Virus record (IMG/VR): IMGVR_UViG_3300025941_000015
Coordinates: 1-64,000 of that record
Length of the DNA stretch: 64,000 nt
Direction: 5' to 3' (one strand)
From: a virus
Position 1 is the stretch's first letter; every line of letters begins with the position of its first letter. Under the pieces are notes generated by a model, which saw only the letters and a list, made by a program, of their open reading frames with translations, was not told the DNA's origin and did not search any database. Of this stretch, positions 49,029 through 57,545 are shown piece by piece. Position numbers and translations under genes: made by a program.

Positions 49029-49070
49029 AGGTTGCTTTCCACAACGTTGTTGTGTACAGTGGTGTCCATG
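49029..49070 (+). promoter_or_regulatory. cassette promoter P1 (variant)
   Basis: TTGCTT-17-TACAGT-7-ATG. Confidence 0.65.
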
Positions 49071-49358
49071 AGCAAATACGACACCATCGAGATCGACGTC
49101 TGCAGCGACTGCCTGAACTGGATCGCCAACGGCACCCTCCCCGACGACGGGGAGCGCGACGAAGTCAACGCCAACAGCTTCGACGCCATCACCACGGCCC
49201 CCGGCATCGACGAGGGCTACGACGTCGTGCCCGGTTCCGGCGACGACGAGGGGCACTTCTCCCACCAGCCGTGCGACGCCTGCCGCCGCCCGTTCGGTGG
49301 CCAGCGCTACAAGGCCACCATGATCTCCCCGATCCCCAACGACAGAGAGGAAGCCTGA
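49068..49358 (+). CDS. Cys-containing hypothetical protein
   Basis: CSDC..IANG..FS..PCDAC; leaderless ATG. Confidence 0.75.
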   Translation: MSKYDTIEIDVCSDCLNWIANGTLPDDGERDEVNANSFDAITTAPGIDEGYDVVPGSGDDEGHFSHQPCDACRRPFGGQRYKATMISPIPNDREEA

Positions 49359-49359
49359 C

Positions 49360-49638
49360 ATGGGCCAGATGAGTGCAGAAGAGATGGCCGCCGCCGTCGG
49401 CGAGCACGAGACCACGATGCGCATGGCGCTGACCTGGCACCTCACGAGCAACCACTTCCCCCCGGTCCACACGATGTTCGTGGACGCAGCGATGGAAGCG
49501 ATTCAGCTCGCTGCGGACGAGGACTTCGACTACGTCATCCATCTCCCCAACGACAAGGATCTGACGGTCACCGAGATCGTCGACGAGCTGCACCTGTGGC
49601 CGTTTGTCGACAACGCTCTTGGGGCAGACTTCGACTGA
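49360..49638 (+). CDS. conserved phage hypothetical protein
   Basis: L.WHL.SNH.PP. Confidence 0.75.
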   Translation: MGQMSAEEMAAAVGEHETTMRMALTWHLTSNHFPPVHTMFVDAAMEAIQLAADEDFDYVIHLPNDKDLTVTEIVDELHLWPFVDNALGADFD

Positions 49639-49808
49639 TGTCAACGGTTGACCGAGTCCTCAGCGTCTTCGCCACGCCCGACTGCCCTGACTGTCAAGGC
49701 AAGGGAGTGGTGATGGGGCGGGTCTGGCAGAACGGTCGGGCTTGGGTCAAGGACAACGACCGGATCTGCAACTGTGTTCCGAGGATCACGGTGAGCCAGC
49801 GAAACTAG
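49638..49808 (+). CDS. small Zn-finger protein
   Basis: CPDCQGKG..CNC; TGATG overlap. Confidence 0.6.
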   Translation: MSTVDRVLSVFATPDCPDCQGKGVVMGRVWQNGRAWVKDNDRICNCVPRITVSQRN

Positions 49809-49921
49809 ACCTTGGCGCTCCACCCTGGTAGGGGTCATTCAGTACGAGAGTGGCATCTCGGAAATGGGAGCGCTACATGCCACCGGAGGAGCGTCGGGTT
49901 TCGGCCCGGCGCTCTTTCGCG

Positions 49922-49965
49922 TCCTGAACCCCTATGTTCAGAAACCGATCCTGAACCCCTGTGTT
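49922..49965. repeat. 17-bp direct repeat pair in non-coding gap
   Basis: TCCTGAACCCCT(A/G)TGTT at 49922 and 49949. Confidence 0.7.
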
Positions 49966-50090
49966 TCGATTCCCGTTTCACACGGGTACAACGTGTGCTG
50001 CGGCGGGCCCCTCGCAGCATCCCGAGCGGCCCGCCGACCAAGCCCCCTCCCCCTCCGCAACGATGTTGCGATCGTGTGACGATGGGCACC

Positions 50091-50132
50091 GAGGTTGGAA
50101 CAGCGTTGTGGACCGTGTACTCTGGCCACATG
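50091..50132 (+). promoter_or_regulatory. cassette promoter P2
   Basis: TTGGAA-17-TACTCT-6-ATG. Confidence 0.8.
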
Positions 50133-50480
50133 ACACGAACCAAGCCAACCCACACACCGTCCTCGATCTACTCCGAGCCCAACCCCATGGAGCGCCTGCT
50201 CCGCCGTGCGACGTACGACCTGCGCAACGCTCAGCTCACGCTCGACGGCATCGACAAGGACATCCTCCGGCTGCGCAAGCTGGCCCGGCACTACGCCGAG
50301 GAGGGCAACCACAGCGCCAAGCGGAGCGCCAACGACCATGCCGATCGGCGGGTGCTCGAACAGCGCAAGAAGACCGTTGAGCGCGACGCCCTCCAGCAGG
50401 AGCTGGAAGTGCTCAAGGTGCTCGTGGCGAACCACGAGTACTGGGTACCGCAGCCCCGCTTCTGGGAGCAGCAGTCATGA
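50130..50480 (+). CDS. coiled-coil hypothetical protein
   Basis: Leaderless ATG after P2. Confidence 0.7.
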   Translation: MTRTKPTHTPSSIYSEPNPMERLLRRATYDLRNAQLTLDGIDKDILRLRKLARHYAEEGNHSAKRSANDHADRRVLEQRKKTVERDALQQELEVLKVLVANHEYWVPQPRFWEQQS

Positions 50481-50665
50481 CCACCTACACCGCCGTGAGG
50501 GTGTCCCTCACCGCCTTCGCCGTCATGGACGGCAACGACATCGTCGCTGTGTGCGAGAACATGGCGACCGCCCGCAAGGTCTACGACGAGACGACCGAGA
50601 TCTACGCCTCGATCCCCCGTCGGTTCAAGATCATCAAGGTTCCCTACATCAAGGACGAAGCATGA
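50477..50665 (+). CDS. hypothetical protein
   Basis: ATGA overlaps. Confidence 0.65.
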   Translation: MTTYTAVRVSLTAFAVMDGNDIVAVCENMATARKVYDETTEIYASIPRRFKIIKVPYIKDEA

Positions 50666-50982
50666 CCACCACCTCCGACACCCTCCTCCTGCTCGACAAG
50701 GCCACGGCGTACTGGTACGCCTGCGGCTACAACGACCACCGCGATGGGGACATCGCCCCGTACTGCGATCCGCACGCGTTCGCTGAGCACTGGATCGCTC
50801 TGTGCGCCCGGCCCTCTCGCCCCAGCATGCAGGACGCTTTCCAGCAGTTCGCATTCGGGGTGAAGTGCACCCGGTGCCACGGCAACGAGGTCATCACCGT
50901 CGGTGCCGACCGCCCGGACTACTGGGGCAACTACGACACCGAGGAGATCCCCTGCCCGGAGTGCCAGGGAGAGGTGGAGTGA
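50662..50982 (+). CDS. Zn-finger protein
   Basis: CTRCHG..CPECQG. Confidence 0.7.
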   Translation: MTTTSDTLLLLDKATAYWYACGYNDHRDGDIAPYCDPHAFAEHWIALCARPSRPSMQDAFQQFAFGVKCTRCHGNEVITVGADRPDYWGNYDTEEIPCPECQGEVE

Positions 50983-51173
50983 TGGACACGATCGACTACA
51001 ACGCCATGCAGGAAGCTGCCATGCACATCATCAGCGCCCAGCGCTCGCTGCCCATCATCCACACCGTCACCATCACCCTCGACGGGGCGACCGGCGGCGC
51101 CCTGGTCACCATCGAGGGATTCACCTCCGATGAGCTGGACGAAACACTCACCCTCGAAAGGACCGTCCGATGA
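50982..51173 (+). CDS. hypothetical protein
   Basis: TGATG overlap, GGAG RBS. Confidence 0.6.
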   Translation: MDTIDYNAMQEAAMHIISAQRSLPIIHTVTITLDGATGGALVTIEGFTSDELDETLTLERTVR

Positions 51174-51670
51174 CCACCCTCCCCGACCTCGACAACGACA
51201 CGTTGAAGTACACGTTCAGGAAGCAAGACCCCACGTCGTACAAGATCGTGTACAACATCTGGCGCTCGATCAACGGCCGCCCCGAGCAGAAGATCGGCAC
51301 CGTCGTCAAGACCCGCGATGGCGACTGGAGCCAGTCGGCGCACTGGGTGGCTGAGAGCAGCGACGGCGAACACCGGGGCAGTGGCGACACTCGACAGAGT
51401 GCCGTGCGCTCGCTGGAGAACCGGCTGCAAGGGCCGGAGTACACCGAGCGGAAGCTCCAGGCGTACCGCGACCAGCTTGCCGCCGAGGGCGCCAAGGCGG
51501 CCGCAGCCAAGGCGGCGGACGAGGATCTGATCGACGCCCTCATGGCCCGCTGGCCAGCGATCGCCGAGCGGTTGCTCCCGCTCCGCGAGAACGCCGGTCG
51601 CTTCACCAGCTACGCCGTCACCACTCAGCAGGTCATCGACATGCTCAACGCTCTGGAGACTTCACGATGA
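51170..51670 (+). CDS. hypothetical protein
   Basis: ATGA overlap, AAGGA RBS. Confidence 0.7.
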   Translation: MTTLPDLDNDTLKYTFRKQDPTSYKIVYNIWRSINGRPEQKIGTVVKTRDGDWSQSAHWVAESSDGEHRGSGDTRQSAVRSLENRLQGPEYTERKLQAYRDQLAAEGAKAAAAKAADEDLIDALMARWPAIAERLLPLRENAGRFTSYAVTTQQVIDMLNALETSR

Positions 51671-51723
51671 ATCTGACATCCGAGGTTGGCAACAGCGTTG
51701 CGGACGTGTACTCTGTTCACATG
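51669..51723 (+). promoter_or_regulatory. cassette promoter P3
   Basis: GAATC..TTGGCA-17-TACTCT-6-ATG. Confidence 0.8.
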
Positions 51724-52095
51724 ACCCCAACCACCATCTTCCAGTCCCTCTGGGACGCCCCGCTCTCCGCTCGTGGCTTCATGAGCATCTCGACCCACGA
51801 CGAGGTCACCTTCAACGGCCTGCAGCACGGCGAGCTGTCGATCATCGGCCTGCGCAACGTGGCGGGCCTGGGCACCACGCTCACGATCCACGAGAAGGGC
51901 AGCACGCACTGGACGGGCCGGGGCATGAAGCCCTCCTACAACGGCGCCTCGATCATCACGATCCTCATCTCGGACGACCTCTGGGCGGGCGGCACCTCGC
52001 GTCGCTACATCGAGCTGTCCCGTGCGATCTCCGCCTCGACCAGCGTCACCGAGCGCGACTCGCTCAACGCCCTCCACGTCGGGATGCTGCGATGA
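51721..52095 (+). CDS. hypothetical protein
   Basis: Leaderless ATG after P3. Confidence 0.7.
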   Translation: MTPTTIFQSLWDAPLSARGFMSISTHDEVTFNGLQHGELSIIGLRNVAGLGTTLTIHEKGSTHWTGRGMKPSYNGASIITILISDDLWAGGTSRRYIELSRAISASTSVTERDSLNALHVGMLR

Positions 52096-52283
52096 GCCCC
52101 GAGCTGACCAACGCCCTGGTCGCTGCACACCGCTCTGCGCAGCTCGCTGCCAGCAACGCTCGTGAAGCCCTGAGCTACGCACAGACGGCCCTCAGGAAGG
52201 CCCAGGAGGCCGCTGACGAGGCGGACCTCGCCGCTGCGCACATCGCCGGTGCCTTCAAGATCGTTGAGCAGGACGCACGATGA
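52092..52283 (+). CDS. small Ala-rich coiled-coil protein
   Basis: ATGA overlaps. Confidence 0.6.
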   Translation: MSPELTNALVAAHRSAQLAASNAREALSYAQTALRKAQEAADEADLAAAHIAGAFKIVEQDAR

Positions 52284-52537
52284 GCGCCCGCCCGAAGCTC
52301 GTGCCCGGCCACACGTACCGGTTCACGTTCACGCCGACCGAGGCGCTCATCGCTGCGAGGCCGTACAACGTGACCCCCTACACCACCACCGTGACCATCA
52401 GCACGACGCCCGGTGGCGTGCACACGCCCAAGTCGGTCACGATGTGGGCGAACCGCTGGTGCACCCGTGGCCGGTACACGGTCGAGATCGTCGAATTGGT
52501 CGAGGAATCTGCCTCCGAGGTTGTAACGGCGTTGTGA
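52280..52537 (+). CDS. hypothetical protein
   Basis: ATGA overlap; stop lies inside P4. Confidence 0.6.
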   Translation: MSARPKLVPGHTYRFTFTPTEALIAARPYNVTPYTTTVTISTTPGGVHTPKSVTMWANRWCTRGRYTVEIVELVEESASEVVTAL

Positions 52538-52558
52538 GCCGTGTATCTTGATCACATG
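52505..52558 (+). promoter_or_regulatory. cassette promoter P4
   Basis: GAATC..TTGTAA-17-TATCTT-6-ATG. Confidence 0.8.
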
Positions 52559-52897
52559 ACCGCAACCACCACCACCGCACCCGCCACCTACGCCAAGGCC
52601 GCCGCCGTCGCCGAGCAGATCACGCTCGCCGAACTGGCCGAACTGCTCGCCGCCGACGACAACCCGGACGTCTACCCCGGCAAGGGCAAGCGCAAGCAGA
52701 TCGCCATGAACGCCCGCCTGCGGGTGAACACGCTCGACACGGGCGCCACCCGCGGCTGGGTCGGCTACGACCGCTGCACCTTCGGCACCGGCTACACGAC
52801 CTTCGACGGCGTCACGGTCGGCTACCGCTACGACCGGCCCGTGTTCCGCTTCGAGCGCCACGGCGTCCGCATCGTGCAGGTCGTGGTCCCGTCATGA
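52556..52897 (+). CDS. hypothetical protein
   Basis: Leaderless MTATTTT start. Confidence 0.7.
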   Translation: MTATTTTAPATYAKAAAVAEQITLAELAELLAADDNPDVYPGKGKRKQIAMNARLRVNTLDTGATRGWVGYDRCTFGTGYTTFDGVTVGYRYDRPVFRFERHGVRIVQVVVPS

Positions 52898-53076
52898 GCA
52901 GCAAGAGCACGGCCGCCCGTCGGGCATCGCAGGCCCGGTCGAACTACGCCGCCATGAAGCGGGCGTCCGACCAGGGCAAGAAGCAACTGGCGTGCCCCCA
53001 CGAGGTCGTCAACCCCGTTGAGGGGTTCGAGGGCATGATCCAGTGCGCCGCCTGTGGCGCCTACGGACCTTTCTGA
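52894..53076 (+). CDS. small Zn-binding protein
   Basis: CPH..CAACG. Confidence 0.65.
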   Translation: MSSKSTAARRASQARSNYAAMKRASDQGKKQLACPHEVVNPVEGFEGMIQCAACGAYGPF

Positions 53077-53077
53077 G

Positions 53078-53131
53078 GAATCACCTCATCGACGTTGCAA
53101 CGACGTTGAAACGGTGTACACTGGCCACATG
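53078..53131 (+). promoter_or_regulatory. cassette promoter P5
   Basis: GAATC..TTGCAA-16-TACACT-6-ATG. Confidence 0.8.
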
Positions 53132-53458
53132 ACAAACACCACCATCACCTCCGCCTGGAACTGCAACGACACGACCAGGACCGCCTCCGTCCTCACGGCC
53201 GAGCAGGCCGCTGCTGCGGGCATCCTGCTCGCCGACGACGACGAGTTCGTCATGAACCTCCGCTCCTGGGACGTCGACGCCCCGTTCTTCATCATCGGCC
53301 GCTTCACCGGCCGCACGCGTCGCATGTGGCAGGAGACGTGCCGCACGATCGAGACCTTCGATGTCGAGACCGTCGCCATCGAGGACGACCGCGACGGGAC
53401 GTTCGCCATCTGGGGCGTCAGCGGCGCACGGCGCAAGGGCACCTGGGCCTGCCGCTGA
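53129..53458 (+). CDS. hypothetical protein
   Basis: Leaderless MTNTT start. Confidence 0.7.
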   Translation: MTNTTITSAWNCNDTTRTASVLTAEQAAAAGILLADDDEFVMNLRSWDVDAPFFIIGRFTGRTRRMWQETCRTIETFDVETVAIEDDRDGTFAIWGVSGARRKGTWACR

Positions 53459-53466
53459 TCTGCGCA

Positions 53467-53532
53467 GGTCGCTCCGGGCGGGGCGACCGTGCGCGTGCCG
53501 GGGAGACGGGTAGACGGGACCGTCTCCCCGGC
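53467..53532. terminator. tandem GC-rich hairpins
   Basis: GGTCGCTC/GGGCGACC and GCCGGGGAGACGG/CCGTCTCCCCGGC. Confidence 0.55.
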
Positions 53533-53548
53533 GACAACATCGTACGAA

Positions 53549-53602
53549 GAATCCTCCCTCTGACGTTGGAACAGCGTTGAAGACGTGTACACTGATCACA
53601 TG
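53549..53602 (+). promoter_or_regulatory. cassette promoter P6
   Basis: GAATC..TTGGAA-16-TACACT-6-ATG. Confidence 0.8.
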
Positions 53603-53902
53603 ACCGCAACCACACTCTCCACCACATTCGGCCCCGTCAAGACGGGCTCGACCGCCGCCTTCATCGCTGTTGTCAAGGCCGAGCGCCTGTGCCGCATCGG
53701 CACGACGTCCGTCGAGGGCACCAAGGTGCTCTGGCGTGCCGAGACCAGCCAAGCGCTGGAGACGCGCCTGCGCCGGGCTGGCCTGGGCCGCTCGTCCGAG
53801 TCCGGCCTGTGGTTCATGCGTGGCCGCTCCTCGTTCGCCGAGGGCGCCATCGTCCCCGGCGAGCTGATCGCCACGGTCGAGATCGTCGAGGTGGCCAAGT
53901 GA
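53600..53902 (+). CDS. hypothetical protein
   Basis: Leaderless MTATT start. Confidence 0.7.
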   Translation: MTATTLSTTFGPVKTGSTAAFIAVVKAERLCRIGTTSVEGTKVLWRAETSQALETRLRRAGLGRSSESGLWFMRGRSSFAEGAIVPGELIATVEIVEVAK

Positions 53903-54093
53903 GCCGCCGCATCTTCCCCACGTTCGAGGCGTTCGTCCAGTACCACCCGATGTACCTCCAGAACCGGTACGGCGGCAAGTGCTTCGAGTGCGGGCAGTTC
54001 GTCCCACAGTTCAAGGGCAGCGTGGTCAAGGTGCACGGGAAGCACCGCATCGCCCACCTCCCGGTCGAGGGCCATTGCGAGGGTGCGAAGTGA
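53899..54093 (+). CDS. small Zn-binding protein
   Basis: NRYGGKCFECG..H..C; GTGA overlap. Confidence 0.65.
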   Translation: MSRRIFPTFEAFVQYHPMYLQNRYGGKCFECGQFVPQFKGSVVKVHGKHRIAHLPVEGHCEGAK

Positions 54094-54146
54094 TTCTTCC
54101 ACACCGAGGTTGCAATGCCGTTGAAGACGTGTACACTGACCACATG
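54092..54146 (+). promoter_or_regulatory. cassette promoter P7
   Basis: GATTC..TTGCAA-16-TACACT-6-ATG. Confidence 0.8.
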
Positions 54147-54908
54147 ACAAACACCACCACCAACACCGCCCCGAACGCCCACCAAGCCGAAGTCGACGGC
54201 CGCATCGCCGAGGCGAGCGTCGCCTACGCCAAGGCCGCCCAGAACGCCGCCTGGTGGGAGAAGCACACCACGTCCGCCTACGACGGCGAAGCCAAGCTCG
54301 CCGAGGCCGTCGCCAAGCGCGACGACACCCTGGCCGCCCTCTCCGCGGTCGAGGCCGAGTTCGAGGGCTGGAGCCGCTTCTTCCTCGTGCAGGCCAGCAA
54401 CGGCCACATCCACAAGAGCCTGTGGTGCTCGACGTGCTTCCCCACGACGCAGTACGCCTGGCTCCCGGCCCTGTCCGGCCTGACCGAGGCCGAGGCCGTC
54501 GCCGAGTACGGCGGCATCCTCTGCTCGATCTGCTTCCCCTCCGCCCCGGTCGAGTGGACGACGGGCACGAACAAGAAGGACGCCGAGCGCAAGGCCGCTG
54601 AGGCCGCCTTGAAGGCGATCGCCAAGACGCCCGAGGGCAAGGCCGTCATCCGCAAGCGCGACCTCGTGCGCAGCCACCAGTACGCGATCGACTCGTTCGA
54701 CCGCACGATCGCACGGCCCGCCGAGACGATCGCATTCGCCGCCAGCCGGGGCATCACGGTCACGCTCGACGACGAGCGCGTCGCCAAGGAAGTGCAGTGG
54801 GCCAACGAGGCCCAGGCCAAGCGCGAGCCCGTCGTCAAGAAGCTGGCCAAGGCCCAGGCGCAGCTCGACGTCGCCGAGGCGGCGCTGAACGCCGCTCTGG
54901 GGATCTGA
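54144..54908 (+). CDS. conserved actinophage Zn-binding protein
   Basis: GWSRFFLV..GHIH..CSTC..WLP.LSG..LCSICFPSAP. Confidence 0.8.
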   Translation: MTNTTTNTAPNAHQAEVDGRIAEASVAYAKAAQNAAWWEKHTTSAYDGEAKLAEAVAKRDDTLAALSAVEAEFEGWSRFFLVQASNGHIHKSLWCSTCFPTTQYAWLPALSGLTEAEAVAEYGGILCSICFPSAPVEWTTGTNKKDAERKAAEAALKAIAKTPEGKAVIRKRDLVRSHQYAIDSFDRTIARPAETIAFAASRGITVTLDDERVAKEVQWANEAQAKREPVVKKLAKAQAQLDVAEAALNAALGI

Positions 54909-54912
54909 TCAG

Positions 54913-54966
54913 GAATCACCTCCACGACGTTGCAACGGCGTTGTGGAGGTGTACACTGATCACATG
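54913..54966 (+). promoter_or_regulatory. cassette promoter P8
   Basis: GAATC..TTGCAA-16-TACACT-6-ATG. Confidence 0.8.
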
Positions 54967-55188
54967 ACTGCAACCACCACCTCCGTTTCCACCCTCGCCG
55001 CAGGCGCCGTCATGGGCGCCGCGGCCCGCTGCTTCGCCGTTGGCGACACGGGCCCCAAGAAGGGCCACCGCATCATCGCTGAGATGCGCGGCGAGCGCGT
55101 CGGAGCCGAGGCCGAATGGTTCGCCCTGTGCGGCGTGCTCGCGCTCGTCCGCTTCGTCAAGGTCTCGGGCATCACTGAGATCTTCTGA
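54964..55188 (+). CDS. hypothetical protein
   Basis: Single-gene cassette between P8 and P9. Confidence 0.7.
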   Translation: MTATTTSVSTLAAGAVMGAAARCFAVGDTGPKKGHRIIAEMRGERVGAEAEWFALCGVLALVRFVKVSGITEIF

Positions 55189-55189
55189 G

Positions 55190-55243
55190 GAATCACCGTC
55201 GCAACGTTGCAACAGCGTTGCGACGGTGTACACTGTTCACATG
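55190..55243 (+). promoter_or_regulatory. cassette promoter P9
   Basis: GAATC..TTGCAA-16-TACACT-6-ATG. Confidence 0.8.
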
Positions 55244-55501
55244 ACACAAACCACCACCATCGCATCCGCCTCCGCCTACGACACCCCGCACTGGCTGCGC
55301 AACGCCGGGCTCGACGTCGAGGGCACGCACGAGGCATTCGTCGTGCTGTTCGACGACCTCGACCAGGCGCTCGCCTGCGTCAAGCTGGCCAGCGCCCAGG
55401 CGTTCGCCGCCTACGTGCGCCAGGGCGGCAACGCCCGCAACAAGCGTGCGTTCAGCGCCCAGTTCGCAGCCGTGACCAAGGCCCTCCGGGCCGCAGCCTG
55501 A
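55241..55501 (+). CDS. hypothetical protein
   Basis: Leaderless MTQTTT start. Confidence 0.7.
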   Translation: MTQTTTIASASAYDTPHWLRNAGLDVEGTHEAFVVLFDDLDQALACVKLASAQAFAAYVRQGGNARNKRAFSAQFAAVTKALRAAA

Positions 55502-55534
55502 CCAACCACCACCAAGGAGAGAACCCCCACCACC

Positions 55535-55801
55535 ATGAGCGCAGCTCGATACACCGTCATCGGAGCGTGGCACGACCACGACTCCACGTACTTCCCCTTC
55601 ATCGTCCAGGCCGCCGACCTCTTCGACAACCGCTCGAAGCAGCTCTACAGCAACGGCGCCATGCGCGTCGTCTTCGACGGCAAGCCCGCCGTGCGCGGCA
55701 AGGGCGGCACAACGCCCTTCAAGGGCGAGACCGCCTGGGCGCACGCTGAGAGCCTCGCACGCTCCCTGCAGGTCTCTGAGCGCTACGTGAGGACCGTCTG
55801 A
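55535..55801 (+). CDS. hypothetical protein
   Basis: AAGGAG RBS; FKGETAW..AE motif. Confidence 0.7.
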   Translation: MSAARYTVIGAWHDHDSTYFPFIVQAADLFDNRSKQLYSNGAMRVVFDGKPAVRGKGGTTPFKGETAWAHAESLARSLQVSERYVRTV

Positions 55802-56082
55802 TGGCGCGCCTCCCGCTCGCCGAGCGCCTCGCCATGGTGCTCAACAGCCTGCCGAGCTACGCCGAGGTCGACGTCGTGTGCGTGCCCTACGAGGGTGCGC
55901 GCACCAACGAGTTCCGGCTGATGGCCCGAGACTTCCCCACGTACGACATCGAGCTGTCCCGCCGGTTCACGAACCTCACGACCGGCACCGAGTGGTTCGT
56001 CAAAGCTGAATCGCTCGCAGCGTTCGGCGTAGTCTCGGTGGAGATCCACCTCGACGACGTCAAGAACTGGAGCATCCAATGA
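55801..56082 (+). CDS. hypothetical protein
   Basis: TGATG overlap. Confidence 0.65.
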   Translation: MARLPLAERLAMVLNSLPSYAEVDVVCVPYEGARTNEFRLMARDFPTYDIELSRRFTNLTTGTEWFVKAESLAAFGVVSVEIHLDDVKNWSIQ

Positions 56083-56324
56083 GCAAAGGTCACGGCTTCC
56101 CCAGCGAGATGATCCACACGCACGCCTTCGAGCTGCAGGCACACCGCAAGAGCACCGCAGGACGGGCCCTGGTGCCGCTCACGCTGTTGAAGAGCAACGA
56201 CCGGGCGGAAGTCGAGGCGGAGCACGCACGGCGCTCTGAGGTCAATTCACAGCTCCGCAACCCCAGCCGCCTCATCATCGTTGAGAACAAGCGGTGGCGA
56301 GATGATGGAGTTTCTGGCCCCTGA
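56079..56324 (+). CDS. hypothetical protein
   Basis: ATGA overlap; stop abuts P10. Confidence 0.6.
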   Translation: MSKGHGFPSEMIHTHAFELQAHRKSTAGRALVPLTLLKSNDRAEVEAEHARRSEVNSQLRNPSRLIIVENKRWRDDGVSGP

Positions 56325-56364
56325 GGTTGGAACAGCGTTGTGCGTCGTGTATCTTGATCACATG
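56323..56364 (+). promoter_or_regulatory. cassette promoter P10
   Basis: TTGGAA-17-TATCTT-6-ATG; 33 bp identical to P4. Confidence 0.8.
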
Positions 56365-56592
56365 ACCGCAACCACCACCTTCAAGATCACCGTCCCCGTC
56401 GCCCACGTCTGGGCCTCCGGCGCCATGCGCGGCACGGGCGTCCGCATCGTCGAGATCGTCGAGGAGGCCACCATCCTGGGCGGCTGCCGGGCGATCGACG
56501 CCGCCGTCGCCCAGTGCAAGCACCCCCTCGCCGACGCCTCGCCCGAGATCGAGCCCAACCCCGCCCTCATGGGCTGGGCGCTGGGAGCGTGA
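56362..56592 (+). CDS. hypothetical protein
   Basis: Leaderless MTATTT start. Confidence 0.7.
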   Translation: MTATTTFKITVPVAHVWASGAMRGTGVRIVEIVEEATILGGCRAIDAAVAQCKHPLADASPEIEPNPALMGWALGA

Positions 56593-56807
56593 GCGCCGTG
56601 ACGACCCGTCGCCTCTGCCCCGGCCTCTACGAGGTCTCCACGCCCCAGGGCGTGTTCACGATCGACCGCATCACGAACGAGTACGGCGGCTCGACGTACA
56701 CCGAGTGGTTCATCACGTGGCCAGGCGAGCGGAGCCCCGACGCCATCGGCATCACGCTGCGAGACGCCAAGATGATTGTGGCGGCAGAGGTTGGAACAGC
56801 GTTGTGA
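56589..56807 (+). CDS. hypothetical protein
   Basis: GTGA overlap; R..PGLY..W..TLRDAK; stop inside P11. Confidence 0.65.
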   Translation: MSAVTTRRLCPGLYEVSTPQGVFTIDRITNEYGGSTYTEWFITWPGERSPDAIGITLRDAKMIVAAEVGTAL

Positions 56808-56827
56808 GCGTGTACACTGACCACATG
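56787..56827 (+). promoter_or_regulatory. cassette promoter P11
   Basis: TTGGAA-16-TACACT-6-ATG. Confidence 0.8.
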
Positions 56828-57142
56828 ACAACGACCATGAGCTGCGACACCTGCTACGACACGAAGACCATCGACCAGGGCGGGCGCGAGATCCCCTGCC
56901 CGGACTGTGTCTTCCGGTATCACCCGTCGAGCGTGACGATCGAGACCAACCCGGACTACGACCCCAAGTCGACCTCGATGTTCAACGTCCGGTACATCAT
57001 CCGCGACCGCTCGATGGGCAACTTCATCTACGGGAAGGCCCGCAACATGGACGACGCCATCCGCATCCAGCGCAAGCGCCAGGGCGTGATCAAGGCGGCG
57101 CTCACCCGCCGGGCGAACAAGGCTGCGAGGGCCGCCAAGTGA
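56825..57142 (+). CDS. Zn-finger hypothetical protein
   Basis: CDTC..CPDC; leaderless. Confidence 0.7.
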   Translation: MTTTMSCDTCYDTKTIDQGGREIPCPDCVFRYHPSSVTIETNPDYDPKSTSMFNVRYIIRDRSMGNFIYGKARNMDDAIRIQRKRQGVIKAALTRRANKAARAAK

Positions 57143-57303
57143 GCACGCTCATCCACTACGGCAAGCCGCGCACGCGGTCGTTCCCGACCGACGTCGACAT
57201 CTGGCTCCCCGAGGGCGCCATCGTCCTCCACACCGAGCGCCATCGCGCTGCCACGGTCATCACGTACCTCGTGCCGAGCGGGCGCACGTCGAGGCCCATC
57301 TGA
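57139..57303 (+). CDS. small hypothetical protein
   Basis: GTGA overlap; stop at the TGAGGAATC of P12. Confidence 0.55.
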   Translation: MSTLIHYGKPRTRSFPTDVDIWLPEGAIVLHTERHRAATVITYLVPSGRTSRPI

Positions 57304-57304
57304 G

Positions 57305-57358
57305 GAATCTCACAACGGCGTTGCAAGAGCGTTGTGACCGTGTACACTGGTCACCATG
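57305..57358 (+). promoter_or_regulatory. cassette promoter P12
   Basis: GAATC..CAACGGCGTTGCAA-16-TACACT-7-ATG. Confidence 0.8.
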
Positions 57359-57478
57359 ACAGGCAACCAAGACCACGACCAAGACCGCCGCTTCCCGGCC
57401 ATGACCGCCACCCGCTACGGCAGCAACCACGACTGGTGCTACCGGGGCGACAACACCAAGTACAAGAACAAGAAGTGA
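57356..57478 (+). CDS. 40-aa leaderless peptide
   Basis: ATG at P12, open to TGA 57476. Confidence 0.5.
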   Translation: MTGNQDHDQDRRFPAMTATRYGSNHDWCYRGDNTKYKNKK

Positions 57479-57545
57479 GCCCCAGCGGCCACTGTCACAC
57501 CCCCCAGTCACACTGAATCCCCTACCCAACGAAACCAGGAGAACC

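Noticed and set aside
50056-50070. LexA/SOS box identity of the operator
   Set aside because: The actinobacterial SOS box is TCGAAC-N4-GTTCGA, which differs from CAAC-N3-GTTG.
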